A stretch of 43,635 nt of DNA from a virus (Duplodnaviria > Caudoviricetes): the IMG/VR virus record IMGVR_UViG_3300047552_000156, positions 1 to 43,635 of that record; one strand, written 5' to 3'. The notes beneath the pieces are model-generated. The model was not told the origin of the DNA, did no database searches, and was given only the letters and a program-made list of their open reading frames with translations. This document shows, piece by piece, positions 1 through 10,400 of the stretch (positions are counted from its first letter, which is position 1; each line of letters starts with the position of its first letter). A program made the translations under genes and the position numbers.

Positions 1-127
1 GGGGAATGGAACAGGCCGCGAACGGAACCATAAATTCCCGTGCAATTTCAACGCACTCAAGCCGTTAGAAAATCGCAACAGCGCATAGGCAATTCCCTAC
101 AATATCTAGTATGCCAGCCAAAAAAAA
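1..127 (+). repeat. Terminal direct repeat, left copy (likely assembly overlap)
   Basis: Identical to 43509-43635. Confidence 0.95.
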
Positions 128-145
128 GCCCCGCCGAAGCAGGGC
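120..145 (-). terminator. Rho-independent terminator ending the late (minus-strand) operon
   Basis: Minus strand reads GCCCTGC-TTCG-GCGGGGC followed by T8, downstream of the last minus-strand gene. Confidence 0.9.
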
Positions 146-179
146 CAAATACAACTAGGAGGGAGACAAACGAAACGGA

Positions 180-716
180 TTATACATTAATCTCCGTGAT
201 GGTGATCGACGACACAAAAGCCCCGCCGTAATACCGAGTGACGTTGCCGTTGAAATAAGTCGTACCTGCTGTCGTCGCGCCAATGCGAATCTTGAACGTG
301 GTCGCTGACGTAGTGCCTGCCGTCATTTTATGGCGCAAGCTGATCTGGCTGAAGGCGTTAGCCGTCGCAATGTACGGGCCTGAAGAAACCGCCAGTGCGC
401 CAGCAGTAGCGTCCTGAAACAGAGCAGCTACCAGCGCATTCGCAACGCTATTGGAGCCATGCACGATAGCCTCAATCATCAGCACGTTCGTCGCGCTGGT
501 AGGCGTTATCGCCAGAGTCATTACCTCAGTGCCTTCAGTGTTCTGAGGGATAGTGTCATCCTGCGGGATCAGTGTCGTACCGCTGGCAAACGCACCTGTC
601 TGGTAATGAACAACCTGCACCACGTCGCCTGCTAGTTTCGCGCTCGCCACTGCATCCAACTCCGACTGTGTAGCCACGTCTGCTGCGACCATTGCTGATT
701 TAATTAGTGTTGCCAT
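180..716 (-). CDS. Putative fibre/structural protein
   Basis: 178 aa, Thr/Ala-rich, beta-strand-like (VVQVV...ITPTSATNVLMI...SSITITEI); GGAGG RBS. Confidence 0.55.
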   Translation of the reverse strand: MATLIKSAMVAADVATQSELDAVASAKLAGDVVQVVHYQTGAFASGTTLIPQDDTIPQNTEGTEVMTLAITPTSATNVLMIEAIVHGSNSVANALVAALFQDATAGALAVSSGPYIATANAFSQISLRHKMTAGTTSATTFKIRIGATTAGTTYFNGNVTRYYGGAFVSSITITEINV

Positions 717-724
717 ACGCCTCC

Positions 725-1114
725 CTATTTAGAAGCCACGCCGTTAATCTTCTCGACGGTACGCAGACCGCCAAGCCCTAGCATTCCAAGCAGCAGCGGC
801 ATCATCTCGGACAGGTCTGCCGGAGACACATTCAGCGACACGCCTGCGAGCGCCATAATCACCTTGAACACCGGAAGCCCTACCCAATTCCACGCGCACC
901 CTGCCCCGCACACCCACATGATGAACGGACGCGCACCGGATACGAACGTCGATGGATTGGCAGCTTCTGCTTTGTTGATTTCAAGCTGGCCCTGAACGAT
1001 GGAGACAGCAGCGGCAATCTGCGCTTTCTCCTGCTCGGATTTATCCGGCCAGATTTTATTGATGACCGTGCCAGCCAGATCAGCAACAGCCCCGATTCCT
1101 GTAATGTCAGGCAT
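725..1114 (-). CDS. Holin (3TM, GTA-holin-like)
   Basis: GARPFIMW and LLGMLGLGGLRTVEK motifs, hydrophobic helices, adjacent to the endolysin. Confidence 0.85.
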   Translation of the reverse strand: MPDITGIGAVADLAGTVINKIWPDKSEQEKAQIAAAVSIVQGQLEINKAEAANPSTFVSGARPFIMWVCGAGCAWNWVGLPVFKVIMALAGVSLNVSPADLSEMMPLLLGMLGLGGLRTVEKINGVASK

Positions 1115-1514
1115 ATGGATACACCTTCTCGCTTAGTTGAAAATGCGGCCCGTCCTTGAACTTCAACCAGTCGCCGCCCCACTGAATTGAAACGCCCTCA
1201 ATCTTCGCCGCTTCCTTCATCAGCACAGCGAGCCGGTCGTATAGCGGCCATGACCATTCGACCTTGCCATCGACAAGCGCTGCCAGATCGACAGCACATC
1301 CGAGGCCGCACTGGTTCGATGCAGGAATGTGACGTGATCGCATTGTCTTGCTCGCGCCTTTCGCAAGCAGCGTTCGCTGGCGCTCGACGGTTCGCACGCC
1401 TTCAGTCACGACAAAATCATCATCCGTTGCGATTTCCGCAGCGCGATAGACAACGCGAACCAGATCAGGATGAACGCCATCCAGCCTTGCGATACTACGT
1501 TCAGACAGTTTCAT
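1107..1514 (-). CDS. Endolysin, peptidase M15 family (L-Ala-D-Glu peptidase-like)
   Basis: LDGVHPDL, EGVRT, SRH, AVD and WGGDW...DGPHFQL motifs; start refined to MKLSERS at 1514. Confidence 0.9.
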   Translation of the reverse strand: MKLSERSIARLDGVHPDLVRVVYRAAEIATDDDFVVTEGVRTVERQRTLLAKGASKTMRSRHIPASNQCGLGCAVDLAALVDGKVEWSWPLYDRLAVLMKEAAKIEGVSIQWGGDWLKFKDGPHFQLSEKVYPYA

Positions 1515-1879
1515 TTCGGCCCCTGTAATGCACCATGCCACAACTGAAGCACGACCCAACCGAGGAACCCGATCAAGCCCCACTTCGCCAGTTCAAACGT
1601 CATCTTCTGCCAGAATTCCTTGCGCGAACGAATGCGCTCAATCTCAGCCAAGTGCCATTCACAATGCCCCTTCGGATCGCCAGCAGGAAACGCAGACTTG
1701 AACTGGGCAATCACAGCATCTTCGCCGCTCATATGATTAAGCAGCAGCGTTCTGGTTTCCTCATGCTTTTCGTTGTTGTCGATCAGTGTATCCACCTTGC
1801 CACCGATATCGTGCAGCAACTGATAGAGCGTACCGAGTTCGTGACTAGACGACATTGTTAGGCGATGTTCTGGCGTCAT
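1511..1879 (-). CDS. Membrane protein of the lysis cassette (holin/antiholin-like)
   Basis: C-terminal hydrophobic helix WGLIGFLGWVVLQLW; stop overlaps the endolysin start (ATGA). Confidence 0.55.
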   Translation of the reverse strand: MTPEHRLTMSSSHELGTLYQLLHDIGGKVDTLIDNNEKHEETRTLLLNHMSGEDAVIAQFKSAFPAGDPKGHCEWHLAEIERIRSRKEFWQKMTFELAKWGLIGFLGWVVLQLWHGALQGPK

Positions 1880-1921
1880 TCAACTCACCATAAACTGAAA
1901 CATATTTTTATATGACATATT

Positions 1922-2248
1922 TTAACCGCGCAATAATTGGCGAGCCTCTAATTCTGAAATGCCTAGTCCGTAGTTATTCGCAAGATAACCTGCGAACACA
2001 TCAACCATCTGCGTTTCAATCTCAAGCTGACGACGGTATGCCTCGACCTCTGCTTTCAAACGGTACGACTTTGAGAAGCGATAGAGAATCTGATGGATCA
2101 ACGGCATACGCCACCACTGCCGAACATGGACGCGCTCATGCTCAATCAGTGCGTAGTCGTTTTGATTCTCAGGACGGACGAGGATAAACGGCCCCCGCGT
2201 GTAGGCTGAGTATTGCGACGGAATGAATCGGTTGGTTACGAAGATCAC
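1922..2248 (-). CDS. Small HExxH zinc metallopeptidase-like protein
   Basis: LIEHERVHVRQW plus a downstream EVEAY motif. Confidence 0.7.
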   Translation of the reverse strand: MIFVTNRFIPSQYSAYTRGPFILVRPENQNDYALIEHERVHVRQWWRMPLIHQILYRFSKSYRLKAEVEAYRRQLEIETQMVDVFAGYLANNYGLGISELEARQLLRG

Positions 2249-3228
2249 CTATTCACTCCGGTTGCAATCTTTCCAGTGCTGCCACCAAGAACGAACTTTG
2301 TGTTATTCCAAACAATGGAATTGACATAAGCAGCACCCCATGTGGTTGATGTTAGGCCAGTTTGATTAGTCCAAGTAACACCGTCAGTTGATGTAGCCAC
2401 CTTTCCTGACATGCCACCAGCAACGAACTTTGTTCCATCCCATACTATGCTTAGAGCAAATGTTGTTCCCCATGCGGTAGAAGATAAACCTGTCTGATTA
2501 GTCCATGTAACGGCGTCAGTTGATGTAGCAACCTTCCCTGATGCTCCAACCGCAACAAATATGCTTCCGTTCCAGACAATTTCGTATACGGCAGAAGTTC
2601 CCCATGCAGTAGATGACAGACCTGTTTGATTAGTCCATGTAACTCCGTCTGTTGAAGTTGCTATCTTTCCTGCGCTTCCATATACAACAAACTTGCTTCC
2701 ATCCCAGATAACTCCCTGCGCTCCGTTTGTTCCCCATGCAGTGGAAGACAAGCCTGATTGATACGTCCATGTAACCGCATCTGTAGAAGTAGCGGCACTT
2801 CCAGAAGACCCAACAGCAACGAATACGCTTCCACTCCAAGCAATTCCATATACAGTTGCAGTGCTGCCCCATCCACTTGTGCTTAATCCAGTTTGGTTAG
2901 TCCAAGTAACTCCATCTGTTGAAGTAGCAACTTTTGCGGAAAATCCAACAGCTACAAACTTGCTTCCATTCCAAATTACCTGATTAACATCGGAAGTTCC
3001 CCATGCTGAAGAAGATAGGCTAGTTTGGTTAGTCCAAGTAACTGCATCTGTTGAAGTTGCTACGCTTCCAGAAGCACCAACAGCAACAAACTTTGTGCCG
3101 TTCCAGACAACGCTATTTACATCAGATGTTGATCCCCATCCTGTAGTTGAGAGTCCTGATTGATAAGTCCAAATAATGCTTTCAATAACTCCACCAATCG
3201 CTGCGACAATCTGCATAATCGCACTCAT
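2245..3228 (-). CDS. Seven-repeat beta-propeller (Asp-box/BNR-like), putative receptor-binding protein
   Basis: Seven 44-45 aa repeats TWTNQTGLS..WG....IVWNG.KFVAVG.SGKVATSTDGV; TGATG coupling to the tail fibre gene. Confidence 0.8.
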   Translation of the reverse strand: MSAIMQIVAAIGGVIESIIWTYQSGLSTTGWGSTSDVNSVVWNGTKFVAVGASGSVATSTDAVTWTNQTSLSSSAWGTSDVNQVIWNGSKFVAVGFSAKVATSTDGVTWTNQTGLSTSGWGSTATVYGIAWSGSVFVAVGSSGSAATSTDAVTWTYQSGLSSTAWGTNGAQGVIWDGSKFVVYGSAGKIATSTDGVTWTNQTGLSSTAWGTSAVYEIVWNGSIFVAVGASGKVATSTDAVTWTNQTGLSSTAWGTTFALSIVWDGTKFVAGGMSGKVATSTDGVTWTNQTGLTSTTWGAAYVNSIVWNNTKFVLGGSTGKIATGVNR

Positions 3229-4418
3229 CAGGACAGCCCCGTTCCAGAAATAATCCACTCGGTTGATGTAACCTTAATCGCAGTGGCTACACCGTTAGCA
3301 GCAAGCGTCCTAGAACCAGTAGTGCCTGCACCAGCCAATCGCATCGTGTCAGTCGTAATAGCAATAGTCACAACACCAGCACCATTCTGGTTGATGAAGG
3401 TCAGAGCCGTACCGATTGGATAGGCAACAGAACTATTTGCCGGAATCGTGAAAGTACGCGCAGTCGTGTCAGCAGATGGATGAAAGATATGCTTCTGTGC
3501 ATCAGTTGATACCAGCGTATATGCCGCGCTCTTGGAGTTCTGCGGAATGTTGGAGAACAGTTGAGCGTCGTATCCATGAACAGTCGTACCGATTGCAGAA
3601 GTCTTCAGCAGCGTCGAGTCATATGAAGATGCAATCTTCGCAGATGTTACAGAACCATCAGAGATTTTTGATGTTGTTACAACGCCATCAGTCAGCGATG
3701 TTATCGGGTACGTTACAGAAACCTGCTGAATCACCTGAACATTAACGCCAGAAGGGGGTGCGACTGAGAACGTAATAATATCGCCAGCAATCGAGTATTC
3801 TGTCTTTTCCTGATACACGCCACCGACGAAAACAAGCGTATTATTTTCAGTCTGAGGATCGGCAGACATTGTGAAACTAACTTGCGCGCCTGTTCCTGAA
3901 AACGTATCAACTACCGTGTTCGCTCCGATAACAGCGTTGGAAAGTTCAGCGACCGTTTTGCTGGTAAGAGCCGTTCCATTAAAGTTCCAAGCGATAACCT
4001 CGTTCGCGGCAGGAGTAGGAAGCTGCGTCGATACGCCAACTGGAGATGAATCGGATAGCGTCAGAGAGCGATCAATCAAATCACGATTGCGCTGTGCAAT
4101 CATCGTCAGCCGGTCGAGCGCACGTTCGTGAGTCTCGGCAGGGAATGGGTCGTTATCGACGTAATCGGTTTCCTGAAGCAGCGCCACGTCACGAACAATC
4201 GTCACAGTCTTGCCGGTGGCAGGAGCCGCAACGAACGTCACAGTTCCAGTCGAGCCGCTGCCGCCAGTGACCGAGTAATCGGTCGTCAGCGTCTGGAGCG
4301 TGTCGTCGAGATAGACAACCAGATCAGCCGCGTCGATGAACTTGAACGAAACCGAAAATGCGGTTGTGCTGCTATTGCCGGAATAACTCAACCGGCTGAC
4401 GGTGCTGGAAATTGTCAT
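3228..4418 (-). CDS. Tail fibre/adaptor with T7-gp17-like N-terminal anchor
   Basis: N-terminus YSGNSSTTAFSVSF...FPAETHERALDRLTMIAQ is typical of podovirus fibre anchors. Confidence 0.85.
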   Translation of the reverse strand: MTISSTVSRLSYSGNSSTTAFSVSFKFIDAADLVVYLDDTLQTLTTDYSVTGGSGSTGTVTFVAAPATGKTVTIVRDVALLQETDYVDNDPFPAETHERALDRLTMIAQRNRDLIDRSLTLSDSSPVGVSTQLPTPAANEVIAWNFNGTALTSKTVAELSNAVIGANTVVDTFSGTGAQVSFTMSADPQTENNTLVFVGGVYQEKTEYSIAGDIITFSVAPPSGVNVQVIQQVSVTYPITSLTDGVVTTSKISDGSVTSAKIASSYDSTLLKTSAIGTTVHGYDAQLFSNIPQNSKSAAYTLVSTDAQKHIFHPSADTTARTFTIPANSSVAYPIGTALTFINQNGAGVVTIAITTDTMRLAGAGTTGSRTLAANGVATAIKVTSTEWIISGTGLS

Positions 4419-4444
4419 GCTATTACCTCATGCGCGATGTGCGA

Positions 4445-4453
4445 ATCATATCA
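4445..4453 (-). promoter_or_regulatory. Putative extended -10 promoter for the tail fibre gene
   Basis: TGaTATGAT on the minus strand in the intergenic gap; same form as 17772-17780. Confidence 0.45.
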
Positions 4454-4459
4454 TTTACC

Positions 4460-7400
4460 TCACTTTTTTTCACGACGGAACAGCGCGTCGTGCAGCAACT
4501 GAGGCGCGTTTTCAGGATCGGCGTTACCTGAAATCAGATCAGTTATATATTCACCAGAAATGCGAGCCTGCGCTGTCGGAAGTCCGAGCCAATAGCCCGA
4601 AGCCTCAAACGCATCCCACGCGATTTCCGATCCTGTCTTGTTGTCATTGCCTGCCACCACGTTTCCGACCGTGCGAATTGACTTATCAATCGCGCCGACA
4701 ATCGGAGACAGCTTGTAACTCGGCGGGAATTTCATCTGCCCTTCGCCACTGGCCGCGATGATTCCAGCTTCCATGTATCCAGCAAAGTCGCGGATCACCG
4801 GAAGCGTCGCAACCGGATACAGCAGAATCTTACGGATCGCCCACCATGCTTCGTCTTCGTCATCATCAGGGCCGCGACCGGCTAGGATGTCACCCAATAC
4901 GGCAGGGATAATCACCAGCGCGATCAGGCGAGCCGCAGCAGCAGGCAGGTAGCCGATGCCTTCGGTCGCCGTCTGATGCCCCACGTCGCGCAGCCGTGCG
5001 TACAGCACAGAGAACGGCGTGTAGTACATCGTCAGCAAGCGCATCAGTTCGCTATTGCGCTGCACTGCTGCCAAGTCCTTAGAGCCGCCAGCGCCCTGCG
5101 ACAGTCGAACAGCACGGTCGCCTGCGCGGATTGCGGTTTCCTCATCGCGCCCCTGTTGCAGAGCCTGCTGATAACCGGCAAGCCACGTCGGAGCAGCCAC
5201 AGCGCGGTCAGCCATAGCGGTCAGAATGAACGCATGGCGACGGACATCAGCCAGCAGACCGCCCTCCCCTCGCATACGCAGCAGCGCATCCCGAACGTCG
5301 CGCTCAAGCGTGTTCGATCTGTTCCGCATCTCGCCGGATTTCTCAGTGACCATCTGCCACGTTTCAGCCGGAGCCTTTGCGAACTGAGTCAGTGCATTGC
5401 CGAAATTGCGAGCGCCGACAAGATCAAGTGTCGGGCCGATACCGGCGATCTGAGACATCATGGTGGAAATCTTGAAGCCCATCGTCACGATTGCCGTATT
5501 GGTGCGGAATTTCATCATCCACTTGGCAGCGCCTGTTGCCTCAGTCAGCGAGTCAGAGCGATCATTTACCAGCACCTGCATCCACTTGCGGAACTCGGTG
5601 TATTGAGCCTCGCCTAGCTTGTCGATCAGTGCTTCCTTGATCTGGCCCTGCGTTAGAATCTTATTGAGGCCGATGATCGCTTCACGGTGCGAAATGTCTT
5701 TGATGACCTTCGCCATGTGCGCGGTAATGACGTGTTCGTAATCCAGCAGCACCGGAGCCGAGAACTGTTCAGCACGCTTCTTCGTTGCGCCACGGTTTGT
5801 CGCAGCGCGGCCATAGCCCTGTGCCACGAAGTTCTGCACTGACTCGTCAGCATCAGCCTGCTTCTCTCCAGCGTTCGACCGGCGAGGATCATAGACCAGC
5901 GGGAAGTAGCCGCCTCGGAATGTCTCGCCGTGCGCCTCAAACTCAACCGGCACAACACGCTCCGGCTCAAGCCCTGACGCACGCTTTTCCAGCGCGGCCA
6001 TGTGCGGCCACAACTGGTCAATCGCATCCCACGTTCCCTGAACGAATTGCCAGTCAGACTTCGACAGGCTATCGCGCACGCGCTGAATGTCAGCCTGCGA
6101 CCAGCCGTAGCCATCCATCAGGCGCTGCATGTTCTGCGCGTTGCCCATGTTCATGGCAATCGAGATCAGGTCATAGCGCGTCATCGGCTGATTGAATCCG
6201 GCCAGAGAAACAGTCGTGCGGTCAAACAGCGTTTTCTTATCCAGATGTTCGGCCAGCTTCTGAATCTGCGTCGTGACCATACGGTGCAGGTCGTATTCCT
6301 GAGTCTGTGCGTCGTCAGCCAGATCGAAGAAATACCGCGCCCATGGTCCGTCGATCTTGCCACCGTCAAGCCATTCGACAACCTGCTCGACCTTCATGTG
6401 TGCCGCATCGAACTTACGCCACGCACCGGCTGCTTTCGTCAGGATGCCATCTGCTTTCGTGTTCGTCTTGCCGAAGTCGCCTGTCGAATTAAACGAGGCC
6501 GCATCGACAGAGCCGAGCAGTTCATCCACGACCGTCTGGAATTCAACCAGCTTGCCCTTGCGAACCAGCTTCGTTTTCAGGTTAGCCAGATGCGCTATAT
6601 TCTTAACAGCGTCACGGACAGCACGCAGTTCGTCAATCGGAACGGTGCGGTAATTAACCTTCTTGGAATCGTCAATCACAGACTCCGGAACATTCACCGC
6701 ATTGCCCTGCGCTTCCTGTTCTGCCAGCCAAGCTGATAGCGAGTCACGGCGCGACAGCGTGCGGTTCGTCTGTGTCTTCAGTTCGTAACGCTCAAGGAAG
6801 CCGTCGATCTGAGCAAGGTACTGGTCGCCAGCCTTTCCGAGTTTGCCTCTGGTTTTATCAGATTCAAAGCCCTTCAGATATTTGACGATTGAATCAGCAT
6901 CCTTCTTCGCGGCCACGGCCTCACGGTACAGATAGTGATTCAGCAGTTCCTTCTGCTTCTCGACAGTAGCCGTCTGAAGATCGCGCTTTGCCATCGCCTC
7001 AAACGCAGCTTTTGCAGCCTTGCGTTCGGCCAGCAGGTAAGCATTCGGATTGATGTCACGCACTTGCTTCTGCCCGATGATACCGGCAGCGATCTGGCGC
7101 AACTGTTCAGGCGCAGGCATACGGGCAACATCTACCGCATCCCGACGTTCCTGATTCTGCTTGGCGCGTTCCAACTTCAGCGCCGGTTCAGCAGCCTTCC
7201 ACATCTTACGCATCTGTCGCAGTTCAATCCGCAGCACCTGTTCGCGCTTCTCGTTGTGCAGCGCCAGCATCGCTTCGTCGGCCAGCGCCACATCGTTCAG
7301 CAGGTCGCCATGCTTTTCCATCATGCGACGGTCAGACTCGGCAGCGATGTAACGCTTGCGGTTCGGCAGATTGACCAGCGCCGAGATCATGTCGTCAGCC

Positions 7401-10400
7401 GACTGGTAGCCCTGCACCTCGGCCACGCTATCCAGATCAGCGCCGTCGTCGGTATAGACAGCGCCCTTGCCGTCGCCATAGCCACGCGGCAGGCGCTTGA
7501 GAATATCCTGCCCGTAGCGTTCAGTCAGCGCCTTGCGGTTCAGCTTCAGTTCGGAGTCGCCAGCAGACAGCGCATCGAACGTCTTAGCCGCAGGTAGCGC
7601 ATCGTATTCTGCGGCCACGGCTTCTGCCATCGCGTTGCGCTCGTCACGCCACCAGCGTTCGCGCTTAAGTTTCTCGACGCGCATCAGCTTCGTCTGCAAT
7701 TCCTCTTTCGCTTCGGTCGTCGCGTTCGCAACCGTGTCGGAGTACGCTTGGAACTCAGCCTCAGTCATGCCAGCCGTCGCCGCATCAAGGAACAGATGTT
7801 CGATCTTCGCCTGCTGGCTGGCCTGCTGAATCTCAGCGTCAGTCGCGTAAATCCGGTCGAACACGCCGCGAACTTCGTCTGACAGTTCCACGTTCAGCTT
7901 GGTAAGCTGGCCGTAAATAACCTTCAGCCACGAACGGAAACGCTGGAACACGCCGCGCAGTTCAGGCGCAGGCGCTTTGCCTTCCATCAGGTACGCTTCA
8001 TTAGCGCGCGCGAATTTTTCGTGGTGTTCGGTCTGGATTTCGGAACGGTTCTGCACGCCAAGGAACTGGAGAATCCGTGCGTAATCGTCCTTCACTTCCT
8101 GAGAAGCGTTCTGATCGTCTGCCAGATCTCCCAACACTTCCAGATAAAAATGCCCCGATTCATGCAGGAACGTACTCAGGTCTGCCTTCTCAAACAGATT
8201 GATCTGGAACTTGCGGTCGCTGCCGAACTGGATTGAGCCGCGTTTGTCTTGGTAATAAGTGTTCAGGATGTCGATGGCAGCATCGTCGAATATGACGTAG
8301 TTGTACGATCCGTCGCCAGCGTTACGGCTGGTTCCGTCAAGGTACTTGATGCCGGAGATGCCGAGACTGTTTAGGTATTTGCTGGTGGCTTCGTCGGAGC
8401 CTTGCGATTTCTTGAGTTCATCATACAAGTCTTCGCCTGACTTATGGAATCCGTTTTCAGTGCGTAGCGCCTTGGCTTCTTTTAGCAGAGCATTCCATTC
8501 GGGAGAGTCTAGTCCTCCCTTCTCCCATGACAGCGCATTCATCCGTTCGGTGATCTCGTTATAGCGACTTGCTGCTTCTGCATTTATGCCAAGCGCCTTT
8601 TGAACACTCTCCGGCTGCTCACTCAGCGGCTTATCCCACAGTAGCATCGTGTCGTCTTCGGGGATGTTGACTTCGTAGAGTTGGCCGCCTTGCTTAATCT
8701 TTGCGTAGTCAAGTTGCCTGATTGCTTTCTTAACAGCCTGCTTAGTATGCGACATCAAGCCAGTCGAGTCGATGTCTTCGATAGCAATTTCGACATCGCC
8801 CTGCGTTCCGAAAAGGAACTCAGCAGCAGTAGCTTCTGGAGTTCCGTCTTCCAGAGCCTTACCGTCATATGAGTATTGGTTAGCACCCAATGTCTTACGG
8901 TAATACTCAGCTACATCCTTGCTTCCCGCAAAATATAACCCCCACCCATAAGCCTGTGCGCCCTCGCCCTTGCCCATGTGTTCAAGCGAAAACTTGCTGA
9001 AGCGATACGGGCTGCCGTGAAACGCCGACTGAAACAGTATATTCCCCGTATCCTTGCCGAACGCGCCGGAGTTGCCGGTGGTGCTTTTCAGTTGGTCAGG
9101 CGAGAACACGGCGTACTGAGGAATGTCGTCACCCCAACCACTAGCGCCCTTCAGGATGTTGCCTTTCTTGGAATAGATCAGGCCGTCAAAATCTCCTGCA
9201 CGGAGTTCCTCTCCGGTCATCCAGTACGGCAAACCTTCTGCGTCGTTCTGGTCTTCAGTGTAATGCGGCTTCTCGATGCGAGCATACAGCGGCATGATGT
9301 TGCCGCCAGTAGCCACGCCGGTCATTGTGAATGAATCGGCATACTTTGGTGACGGCGTAATCATAATCGCCGTGTCATCCTTGAACGTGTCGAAATTCTT
9401 GTATGTTCCGTGATAGACAACCAGCGGAACATCGCCAGCTTTTCCGCTGACTGTCATCACAGAATCCCCAAACCACCGCCAGAAATTCCGCACGCCTTCC
9501 TCTGACCAGTGGATCGGCTTGCCGTTGCTGTTCAGCGCAGGACGCATTACGCCGTCGACTTCGATTTCGGTTACGCCATCAGCCAGTGAGGTTTTCGCAA
9601 CCTCGCCGCCATCAAACGGCTGCTCAAACTCAGTATCCCCACCACGCAGCAACTGCTTGACCGCAGCGTTATCCATCGCAGACAGATCGACGCCAATCTC
9701 GGACAGCACCTTGCCCAAGCCATCCAGCGTGTCAGCAATCCGGCGCAGCGAGTCATCGCCCTGCCCTGCTGCGAATACAGGAGAGCCGCCGATTTCACGA
9801 TCCAGCGCGTCAATAAAGTCAGCCTCAGTCGCGCCTACGTCATAGCCGAACTGCGCTGCCAACTCTCTGGCCGCATCGAAATCCAGACCATTCTCAGACA
9901 CCAGACGGCGCTCGCCGCCTTTACGCTCTGAGCGATCCCACAGAACCGCATCGCGTGCAGCCAATTCGCCGCCTTGATCTTTCACGCCACCCTGTTCGCG
10001 CAACCACTCAACCAGCGACTTGCCGAACATCTCCTGCTGCTTCGGAAGGTCGCCTTTACGCAGGCGGTCGAGCAGCGGATCAATGGCCGCGTCGAAATCC
10101 GGAGCCTTCGTCAGCACATCAGGAAGCGGATTCGCACGGATGTTCAGGCCGTACTTTGACCACAGCGCCTGTGCAGCCTGCACTGGATCAGCGGTCGGAT
10201 TAGCGCGTGTCGCCAGAATAGCCATGCCGCGCATGACGGTCGCCATCTGACGCGCAGTGTTCGTATCGTACCGGCTGGACAACTGACCTTCGACATCAGA
10301 CACGATGCGTTGAATCGCCGTGTCCAAGCCAGCATCCTGACCTGCCATCTCATTCAGTTTCTTGATTTCCTCGGCCAGCGCCTTGTCAGTTTCGTCGCGG

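Noticed and set aside
2245-3228. Regularly spaced DNA repeats resembling a CRISPR array
   Set aside because: The repeats are in-frame, degenerate at third codon positions and encode protein; no unique spacers or cas genes
180-4418. Diversity-generating retroelement as in BPP-1
   Set aside because: No reverse transcriptase ORF and no template/variable repeat pair differing at adenines was seen; the propeller repeats differ at all base types
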